From Azolla caroliniana (taxonomy: Eukaryota > Plantae > Polypodiophyta): 64,000 bases of DNA. Both the position numbers and the translations under genes were made by a program. A model generated the notes under the pieces. The model searched no databases. It was not told the DNA's origin and saw nothing but the letters and a program-made list of their open reading frames with translations. This document shows positions 53,701 to 64,000 of this stretch, piece by piece. Every line of letters begins with the position of its first letter. Positions within the stretch are counted from its first letter, which is position 1. The stretch lies in assembly GCA_043228905.1 (NCBI GenBank), contig JBHGNT010000001.1, positions 35,030,001-35,094,000 of the forward strand, read 5' to 3'.

Positions 53701-56099
53701 AAGCAGCAAGACACCCAAACAAATCCATAGTTTTTGCATTGACATCTATTTTCTCTACTTTATTTGTTAAATTTATGTTGTTTGTTTCCATCCATTATTT
53801 ATAACTAAAATTGATAATAACATATGATATTTTCACGTTTCAAATGCATAATCACGAAATTAATGCTAACTCCAATATCGTTAAATTAATTAATTGTAGT
53901 ATGACCATATGTCATCATAAACATGCCTATGTTTCCACGTAAAGCTCATGATCGAGCTATTATTCTCTTATATGCAATGCATATACACATGTCCAAGCAT
54001 AACACTATAAATTTATAATGTGGAGATCCTAGTAAATGTGGCAAACGATAGCCACTCGTTAGTTATCGCCAAACAAACGATAGTTGCGTCATCAATGCTT
54101 ATCTATTTAGAAAAACAAATTATCCATCTACACATTGGACAAACAAGTGCATGACCATCATACCAACCATATTATCATATACACTGTAGCTAATAATCGT
54201 GTCTGACCAATGGTTAAAGTATGTGTGTGTGTGAGTATAAATCTTAAGTCTTGAGTTGAAGGATATTCACCTAAAAACCACACACTTTTTAGTTGAGTTG
54301 AAATCTCGTGAATTCGTGAAGGAACAACATTTGGTAGTGTGTATGAGTTGGACACCCTAGATTTGACAATTTTGCGAACAAGATTACTTTGTAATTAGTA
54401 AGGATGCACCAACATTCCTTGAAGACGGTGATGCACAAGGAGTGAAGACGATGATCTTGTTGTACTTGTCAAAGATGGCTTTTTTCACTTATCCCCATTC
54501 CTTTTCACAACACCACAAATATATATTTCCAATGCCATTTCTAAATTACGAAAATGCGTCCTTTTCTTGAGCTCATCATTACGTGTAATAGAAAGTGTTT
54601 CATATTAAGGCTTCTGGCGCTTAAATTTGTTTCAAGAAATTGAAACTACCGTACCCTTTATCGATTACCATAAATTGCAACATCTATTGTACTTCTCAAG
54701 TTGAATTCCTATGTGACAACTTTGCGAACAAGCTGTATCCAGCAATGCATATGTGTGTCTATTGTTTGATACCCTTTTTACGATCAATGGTGTTGAGCAA
54801 GTGACAATCGTAGCATGATGAGATGTGTGTGTATGTGCAATATATTTTTCCTACGACTTTACTCCTCCTTTGAAAGCGTCAACTACCATTGTTGCCCTTC
54901 TAACTAAACAATGATGCGTCTGTTTAGCACAAATAATGGTTTGATTCCTTCACATAAAAAAGGCAACACTCAAACACATTCACGAGGCTTCTTAGTAGGT
55001 GATCAAGTTTAGAAGCGTAGCATGGATGCTCATGTGACAAGAAGCACATGGTGGTGGACGAGCTTGTTATGACCACAATTGAGATAAATTTAAGGAGCAT
55101 CAAAGACTTACCATATATAAATGATACGACGAATTTATATTATACAAAACCACCAAAAATAGAAAAATTGGGACTATCTTCTAACTTTAGATAAACATTT
55201 AGCTTATTTTTGGTGAATCCCTCAACAAACTTGACAATTATAAATCATGAGAATATAGTCACACGAGAGTGAAATTCTCCCCATTGGTAACCACAATTTA
55301 ACGAGGCTGCAAACAAACCCTAGGCCCATCTCAAGAACATGATGCATATGCTTCTATGTAGCTTCCAATTATTGGCACAATGAGAAATATTCACATTGGA
55401 CAAGACGGCCACACTTTTGGAGATATATTCAGTTAGCGATGATGATTTGTCCTCGACCTTGCATGTATGAACATGTGTGGAATCCTGATCACATTCTAAT
55501 GGCAATGTCTTTCTTATTGGGTCGTGTAGAAATTAGGTCCTCGCCTATTTTAAAAACAAACAACTGCCTTTCTCCACAAGATAGGGTAGGGAGGTCCCTG
55601 AATGCAAGGCGGACAACAAAGAACGGGGGTCGAAGGACATATAGGGCTAGCAATCAACCCATGGTCGCACTTTGGTTTTATAGGTAAAGGACCTTGTGTG
55701 TGTAATAACACTAGGATTTATGTATGAACACCTCATTGATGACTCCTCAATGACACCATTTCACAAAGTATAGACATTCAGGTATGTGTGGATAGAGGGA
55801 GCAAAAGATGATTCTCAGGAAAAAGGCATGTATGGAAGTGCATTGACTCTCCTTTGAATGATAGATAGGTAGACAAGATGGAGATGGATGGTTACCTCCT
55901 TCCTTCTTGATTTAGTATATAGTAGTAGAGAGTCAGTCAAATTGGTCATCATACATACATAGATACATAGATACATATGTTATAACTTATGTATGTATAT
56001 GCCTTGTCAATCTATCTATCCTCCTGATGGCTTCTTTGCATCCATAATACATACATACATACATACATACATCCATATCACACATTTTGCTTCAGGGAA

Positions 56100-57014
56100 A
56101 ATAAAAAACCTTCTCCTTTCTTCTTTTCCTTCATCTTTTTAATATTTCTTTTTAACTCTCACTTTCAGCTCAATCTTTTGCTTCCTCTGTTTCTCTTCTC
56201 TCTTCCATGTTTCTACCCTTTCTTTCTCTTCCTACCCTAATTCTCTCAAAACCCATTTGATTTTATCCCTGACTTTTGCTTCCTGACCTCATTCTTCCAC
56301 TTCCTCTTTCATCATTGCTTGGGCTGCTTTTACAGCTTCCCTTCTATACTCTCATTTCTCCAAACCCCTCATGTTGTGCTAGTTATTTTTCTTGCTTCTT
56401 TTGTTTGCTGTCAATTGAAGAAAAATTTACCTCCAAATCGCCTTGGACTTTCTATGGAAAATTTCTAGATCAAGAAAAATTTCAGGTTAGCTCTTGCATT
56501 TTCTGTTCAATGTTCAGAAATGCATTCGAGATATGCTGGGTTTTTGGCTGAAATTGAGTAAGATTGATGATTTTTTATGCCTCTGCTAGGGTTTCCGAGC
56601 ACTTGGTTAAGTAAGAGAGATGATATACAGAGTTAAAAAACAGATCAAACAAAATTCAGGTTAGTTCTACATTTTTTTGGTTCAGAAATGTATTCAAGTT
56701 TGTTAGTTTTTTTCGTCTAATTGAGTTTGGTTTTTGCGTCCTTTAGGGGTCGATGCACTTAAGTGAAAGAAGAGAGGGAAAGAGAAAGAGTTCAGATCAG
56801 CAAAATCTAGTTTTTGTTGCATTTCCCATTCACAAATGCCATCAATGCTGGGTTCTGTAATGAAATTGTTTATTTTCCATTTGATTGTTAAGATATTCTA
56901 GGGTTTTTGAAGCAATTGGTTAAGTAAGAAACAGAGATTTCTAGGGATACTCTAGGAGACAGATATTTTGAGGGTTGCAAAACACAGAGAGAGAGAGAGT
57001 GAGAGAGAGGAGCA
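56100..57014 (+). other. Multi-exon 5'UTR of the TPS gene, built from a triplicated exon-intron unit
   Basis: CT-rich first exon; donors CAG|GTTAG at 56486 and 56660; acceptors ending at 56589, 56746 and 56901; a (GA)n tract lies directly before the ATG. Confidence 0.7.
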
Positions 57015-60000
57015 ATGGTCTCAAGATCATATGCTAATCTGCTAGACTTAACGGGTGACTACAACCCGCCTATGTTTTCTTCAACAACAAGAGGAGGAAC
57101 AAGAAAGCTTCCTCGTTCGCTCACCGTCCCCGGAATTTTGTCCGATCTTCTTCATGATGATGAATATACCAACAGTGTAAATTCAGATGCTACCTCTTCG
57201 GTATGTCAAGAGAGATGCATCATAGTGGCCAACATCCTGCCACTCAACGTAGAGCGAAGGGCTGATGGGAATTCATGGTCTTTCAGCTGGGATGAAGAAT
57301 CCTTGCTCTGGCAGCTGAAGGATGGTCTCCCTGATGACATGGAGGTAATCTACATCGGTTTCCTGAAGTGCGAAGTCGAGCCTGCAGAGCAAGAAGAGGT
57401 TGCCACCCATCTCCACGATATTTTCAACTGTGTTCCAGCGTTTATTCCTGAGGACATTCGGAGTAGATTCTATCATGGATTCTGCAAGAGGATGCTATGG
57501 CCTCTCTTTCATTACATGCTTCCACTCACATCAGATCATGGAAACCGATTTGATCGCCTTTTATGGCAAGCATATGTTTCGGTTAACAAGACATTTGCAG
57601 CTAAAGTCATGGAGGTGATAGTCCCCGAGGATGATTTCGTATGGGTTCATGATTATCACCTAATGCTTTTGCCTACTTTGCTTCGGAAGAAGTGCAACCG
57701 TGTACAGTTGGGCTTTTTCCTTCATAGCCCTTTTCCTTCATCAGAAATATACCGTACACTTCCAGTTCGAGATGAACTACTCCGAGGGCTTTTGAATGCT
57801 GATGTCATAGGTTTTCACACATTTGATTACGCAAGACATTTCTTGTCATGCTGTAGCCGGATGCTAGGTCTCGAGTATGAATCAAAAAGGGGATATATAG
57901 GTTTGGAATACTACGGTCGCAATGTGACTATCAAGATTATGCCGGTTGGTATTCATATGAAACAACTTCAGGTAGGATTGAACCTCCCTGAGACTGAAGA
58001 TAAAATTGCTGAGCTGAACGAACAATTCAAAGGGAAGATTGTATTGTTGGGGCTTGACGACATGGATATATTCAAAGGCATTGGATTGAAGCTTCTCGCA
58101 CTAGAGGAGTTATTGAAGGAACATCCTGGCCGAAGGGGAAAAGTAGTAATGGTGCAGATTGTTAATCCAGCTAGGGGCAAAGGGAAAGATGTGGAAGATG
58201 TTACAATGGAAGTTTATGGGGCGGTTGACAGAATAAATAAGCAGTTCAGAACTGAAGGGTATGAGCCAGTTGTCCTTCTAGAAAGGTCTTTGCCTTTCTA
58301 TGAAAGACTTGCATATTATACTGTTGCTGAATGCTGTGTTGTGACAGCTGTCCGCGATGGGATGAACCTGATACCATATGAATATATAGTGAGTAGGCAG
58401 GGGTGTGAGAAGCTCGACTCTCGCTTTGCCTCTGTTGAAGATCCTCCAAAGAAAAGTTTGCTTGTCGTGTCAGAGTTTATCGGATGTTCGCCTTCTTTAA
58501 GTGGAGCTATCCGGATAAATCCTTGGAATATAGTAGCTGTGGCAGACGCATTGAATACGGCTATCACAATGAATGAGGCTGAAAAACAAATGAGGCACGA
58601 CAAGCATTTCAAGTATGTAAGCACACATGATGTTGCATATTGGGCACGGAGCTTTATGCATGACTTAGAAAGGGCATGTAAAGACCACATTAAAACAAGG
58701 TGTTGGGGTATAGGCTTTGGGTTGAATTTCCGTGTGGTAGCTCTCGATCCGAACTTCAAGAAGCTATCACGAGAACATATTATATCAGCCTATAAAAGGA
58801 CGAAAAGTCGAGCCATTCTACTGGATTATGATGGTACAATGGTGTCACAAACATCAATCAATAAAAGTCCTGGTTCACAGGTCCTGTCTATCTTGAATAG
58901 CCTGTGCGATGATACAAAAAATGTTACATTTATCGTAAGTGGACGCAGCCGGGAGGATCTTTCTGGTTGGTTCTCACCATGCAGGTCCCTTGGCATTGCA
59001 GCAGAGCATGGCTACTATCTGAGGTATGACACTTACTACACAGTTGTTTTAGTTACTGCACTAAGAAATGTAGCAGATGTGCCTACAAATTTGGTTAGAT
59101 GTATATGCTCTTTGAAGCGATGTATAGTACGATGTTTGATGAAACACTGATTTTTCGGATCTTATGTAGATGGAACCAGGATGCAAATTGGGAAATCTGT
59201 GTACCAGCAGCAGAGTTTGAATGGAAACAAGTGGCAGAGCCAATCATGAAGTTGTATACAGAGAGCACTGATGGTTCGTTTATTGAGGCAAAAGAGAGTG
59301 CAATTGTGTGGCATCATCAACATGCAGACCCGGATTTTGGTGCTTGGCAATCAAAAGAATTGCTAGATCATCTCGAAAGCGTCCTAGGAAATGAGCCGGT
59401 GGCTGTAATGCGTGGTAAAAATATCGTGGAAGTGAAACCCCAGGTAATTGTTGTTAGCTTGTGTTAAACCGAAGTTGTTAATTCTTTCCAGCACATGCAT
59501 TGGAGTCCCCTAATAGGGGTATGTATATACCCCATACTAGAAAAGCTTATCGTGATATAGTATGATGATATATAAGGCTGTTAGATGTGCAAACTTTGAA
59601 TAGATACGTAGAAAATTGCAAATTGTAGCGTTTGCTTTTTACTAATTCGTATCCTCTACATCCTCATGCACTAAACTGTCTATCAAGCCCCTATTGTAGT
59701 ACACAAATATTCCACTGGTACTTCTAGTGCTTCCTGGTGTGTTTTATTGAGGATGGAGTACTGACTCCCATCTATATCTGTGTACATTGGGGGAATCTGC
59801 GGCCAATGGACTGATGTGTCTCTGTAGACATACCAATATATGTATCCGTGAAGATATATTCAAAATACATGGTATTTGTCCCTAGTGACTCACTGTATTC
59901 CATAGTTATGCGAAGGATCTCAATAATTGGTCTTGCACAGAATTGGTGTATATATGATGAGGTTTCAAAGCATTAATTCTTCTTTTGGGTGGTTTTAGCA

Positions 60001-60334
60001 AACCTCATTTGGTAAACATTTCTTTTTTCGACAGGGTGTAAGTAAAGGTATGGTAACGAAGAAGCTTCTTGCATCGATGGGGGCCCAAGGCATGCCTCCG
60101 GATTTTGTTCTATGCATAGGTGATGACAAGTCAGACGAAGATATGTTCGAGAGCATTGTTGATGCCACTGTGGCTCCTAGCGTAGAGATATTTGCATGTA
60201 CAGTGGGAAGAAAGCCAAGTAAAGCCAAATATTATCTCGAAGATATAGGGGATGTTATACACATGCTCGAAGGCCTAGCTGAAGCCTCTCAAACTTCTCA
60301 AACGTTGCATAATTTGTCATCCAAGAATCAGTAA
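57015..60334 (+). CDS. TPS: Class II alpha,alpha-trehalose-phosphate synthase (TPS5-11-like; GT20 plus HAD TPP-like domain), 860 aa
   Basis: Exons 57015-59023, 59170-59443, 60035-60334 (2583 nt; the two-intron layout typical of class II). Motifs: MVSRSYANLLDL, LPRSLTVPG, FYHGFCK..LWPLFHY, WVHDYHL, GFFLHSPFPSSEIYRTLP, RDGMNL, SEFIGCSPSLSGA, LDYDGT, VSGR, AAEHG, EVKPQGVSKG, IGDDKSDEDMF. Confidence 0.97.
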
Positions 60335-63300
60335 GAAAACTGAGGTTTATGTGGTTCACATTCATTGGATTATTTCATCATGGGGAGAAAGGGGGATCGA
60401 AATGCAATATTGAATGCAGAAAAGTGGTCCATCCGAAGTGCAAATTCTCATCATTTTTTCGAGAGTTGGATCACAAAAATGTGGTTGGCAGTTCTTTAAA
60501 CCACGGTCAGCAGACTCAAGTTCCCGTGGTAAATGTGGAAATAAAGGAAACACAATAAAAATTGTATTACAAGCATATATTGAACACTTAGCAGTTGTCC
60601 AGAGGTTTCAAGTGTTCAATAATTGTCCACATAGTGTAATATATAGTTAGATAGGTGCAGGAATAAGTTGAAGGTTCAAAATTTGTTTTACATTTTTTAA
60701 TCTTTCATAATATCATCTTTCTAATGTGCTAAATCTAACTACATTGATCCTTAGCTTCCCATTCAAAAAGAGCGTTCTTCATTGTTTTGTAATGTAAGTG
60801 GTATGTGCGAAAGCTCTGCACAAAGGCACTCATGGCTAAATATGTATGTCATTCTTGATTCTCTTTATCAGAAGTGATGTTCGTGAACCATTTAAAAAGT
60901 TGAAGATTGTAGTGGAAATGCTTTGAGTAATGTTTTTCTTTATACTCCAAAACGAACTCATTAATGTATCACCATATTGGCTAGGCCTCTATTAACAATC
61001 GTGCATGATTAGATGTGTTTGATCTCTTCACTGCTGTAGATGATTAAAAGTCTATGATAGTCTTAGCCTTGGATACATATTAGGGGGCCATCATTGTTAT
61101 TGTTGTGCTCATTGGAATGAAGACACCTAGTTGAATTGTAATTGTATGAAGAGGCTCCATATAATACAAAATGCTCATGTCAATTGCAATAGGGTCTACT
61201 ATTTAGTTTACGGTTAATCATGGGAGGACTCATCACATTCATGTCAAGGCGTCATACCATTAAGTGTGATTTTTTGTTGAATATTTAAATGTGACAAATT
61301 TGGGGTACATTTTTATAAATACATAGGACATGATTGTCATTTTTAAATAAAGAAAAAATATCATCCCATCGCCATTGAATCACTTCATCGAATGCAAAAG
61401 CTCTTTTTAATTCGATATTTCTACAAATACAATTGGGTAATGATCTTCGAGCAGTTATATGTGGTACTTAATTACTTGTATGGTCCATCCATATCTTTTC
61501 TTCTACGTTGTAAGAGTTATTTGAGTAGTTATATGGTCTATTCATCTCTTTTTTCTCTTCTTTACACAATACTTGAGCAATTATACACTTTACTCATATG
61601 TTTGTTCTCTCTTTCGGGGAACTTATATAATTCTTTGATTTTTTTCCAAGCAATTAGAAGAAAAAAGGAAAAGGAACAGTTCAGATTTTGTTTGGCCTTG
61701 AGGTTTTTCTTTGTAGATTAGAAATGAAAATACAAGTTCATGCACTGTATTCTTCGTTTTCCAAATGCAAGGTTTTACTTATTTTTTGTTGTTTTTGTCT
61801 TTTGTTGATAATAATAAAACTTTACCTTCACCTCGTCAATGTATTTGTTTTTTTTTTTCACTTCTTTCGTAATAAGGAGGAAATAACACGTGAGTTTAGG
61901 CCTTACATTCGATGGAGAAATTTTTATTATTTCGTCTCTCGAAACAATTCGTCAAATACAAGTCCTCCTTGTTTTCACAATAATAGTGTAAAGAAATGAG
62001 TTAAGATGCAAACCATTTTTCTACAAATTATTATGAGGATAGAAACAACAAATCCCCTTGTAAAAACTGATTGAGGGTCGTGTCATTTCATATCCCTTGC
62101 AGTTTATTTGGTAATGAGTGTATTATTAAAAGTTGGTCAGCTATGGGCAATACAGTGATGCTTTCTTGGAATTCAATTAAAAACTAGCGTCACAAGCATT
62201 TTGTGTTCAGACCTTGTGTTCACCCAAATTTGCCAGTTCGAAAGTTTTGTCATTTAATTCCAAGAATTTTTTTTTGTGTATATTGTAACTTGCAAGTGAA
62301 CATAAGTTAGGGACTTAAATATTTTCTTTAATATTACAAACCAAGGGCTTTCTTTTCTGTTTTTAAAATGCATTATGTCTCCATTTTTTCTTGGTTACAT
62401 ATGTTATTCGAGCAATTACACATTCTACACATGGGCATTTCGAGATGTAACAAAAGATTAGAGGGAAATTGGATGTTTCAAATACCGGAACCATATTTCA
62501 GAATATTACAATAAACTTTACTTATCCAAAATTGATCAATCATCAAAAGGTGCACTAGTTGTTTAATCATGCGTGAGTTATTGTTGGGGTGATGGAGACT
62601 CGAGAGTAAAAACACAAACTTTTTAAAGCTCTCCAACCATACGAAAGATACTTGCCGTTTGCAATACCAAGCTCGTTGCAAAAAATCATCCCCTTCATAC
62701 TTGTTGAAGAGACAATGGTTGTTTGTAAAAAAAGGGGTGCATGGTTTGATTTTATTAAACCATATTTATTCATACTAAACCTATGTTGGATGTTCATCAT
62801 TCGTGTGGAGTTTGCGCAAGCACATACGCGTGTGCATAGTTTTAATGCTTATATACATAAGTTGCTAGTTAATTTACTATACAAATGGATAAAGCACAAC
62901 AAATGTCAAAGCTAGTACTTTTAATTTAATTTGTAGATGTTGAAAGCAAATGTACATGTCTCTATTCATTACGAATATAGTTCCTTTCCCAGTTCCAAAT
63001 TTGACGGTTGACTACAACGAAATCAGTGTGGGGTTATGGTCGCAAAACACCTACGCATTGTACACTTCGTGCATTCACATTGTTTATGTAACTATAAATT
63101 TGTCACAATGAGGCTTTAACTTCTTGTCCTACTCTTGGAGAGTTTTAACTTCTTGTCATAAGCTGTAATGCTTCCTTTCAATTTAATCTTTACAAATAAA
63201 AGTTGTACTATTACTCCTTACTTACAAACATCTTGTTTTGTGGTAACAACCTCTTGATTCGATCATTAAACTGGAATAACACAATGTTGATGGTAACAAA

Positions 63301-64000
63301 AGGCCTCCTTTCACCTAGCTTTCAACAATTAATATCCTTGAAAACGGCACACATTACTAGTTTTTCTGTTGTATATTTGCATGCGCATCGTGGAGCGATC
63401 TCTAAACCTAGGTTTGTAACTTAGGAAGGACATGCACAATATAAATCCGATGTTACGGAGGAGGAGTTTGAAGCAATGTTGGAAAAAGCTTTTGCCGATT
63501 ATTACTGTAGTTGGGCATAAAAAGGCATCCACAATTTCAACACGAGGCACACAAATGAATGCAAATGAAATGACTGAACGGAGGCACGATCACTACGCTA
63601 CGGAAAGAGTGTTACGAAAACATCATAGACTTGTATGAACCAGTCTTGTTTTGATTGATTTGTCAAATGAATGAAAATACACATCCATCAATCCATACAA
63701 ATGTGAAGGCAAAATAATACACACATGCATACAAAATGAAGGATCGGAAGTAGTACAATGGAAGAACGAGCACTCTCAATGTGTGTGTGTGTGTGCAGAA
63801 AATTCTTATCCCAACACAACACCCCCCCCCCCCCCCCCCCCCTCCTCCCTCCAAAATAAATAAATACAAATAAAAATAGATTATATTTATAGCATAATTA
63901 TGCCTTCTAGCAACAAATGTAATGCCTCATAAACCAAATAACAAAATACAAATATTTGCTCCATTTTCTTTTATTTATTTACTTATTCGCTGCATATTTT

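Noticed and set aside
57273-60228. Antisense and alternate-frame ORFs within TPS (likewise within the CRC and CHUP1-like exons)
   Set aside because: They are shadow ORFs of real coding exons.
15097-60334. The four genes as a functional cluster
   Set aside because: Their functions are unrelated (cell-cycle transcription factor, cytoskeletal-type protein, MLF, trehalose signalling) and they are separated by TE debris, with no sign of co-regulation in the sequence.
1-64000. Conserved miRNAs, tRNAs, rRNAs and spliceosomal snRNAs
   Set aside because: No recognisable matches were seen by eye. This is not an exhaustive search.

Overview
AT-rich eukaryotic land-plant nuclear DNA, with spliceosomal GT-AG introns, many microsatellites and decayed retroelements. 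A non-seed vascular plant such as a fern is plausible but is only an impression. Four multi-exon genes were reconstructed by hand with frame-consistent splice junctions: (1) a TSO1/tesmin-like CRC-domain (LIN54-type) transcription factor (+, 15097-20460, ~893 aa); (2) a CHUP1-related At4g04980/At1g61080-like polyproline protein (-, 22512-30280, ~845 aa) whose best-fitting start codon is split by an intron (AT|G) and gives a Met-Cys N-terminus; (3) a myeloid leukemia factor (MLF)-like gene (-, 42330-45267, ~290 aa); (4) a class II trehalose-6-phosphate synthase (+, 57015-60334, 860 aa). Intergenic DNA is mostly decayed L1-type LINE, Copia and possibly hAT sequence plus local tandem duplications. 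I found no convincing novel multi-gene system. The most interesting recurring signal is small tandem duplications that copy splice signals in three of the four genes. Two unexplained fold-back elements and one duplicated hairpin are also noted. All family assignments come from motif recognition, not database searches.
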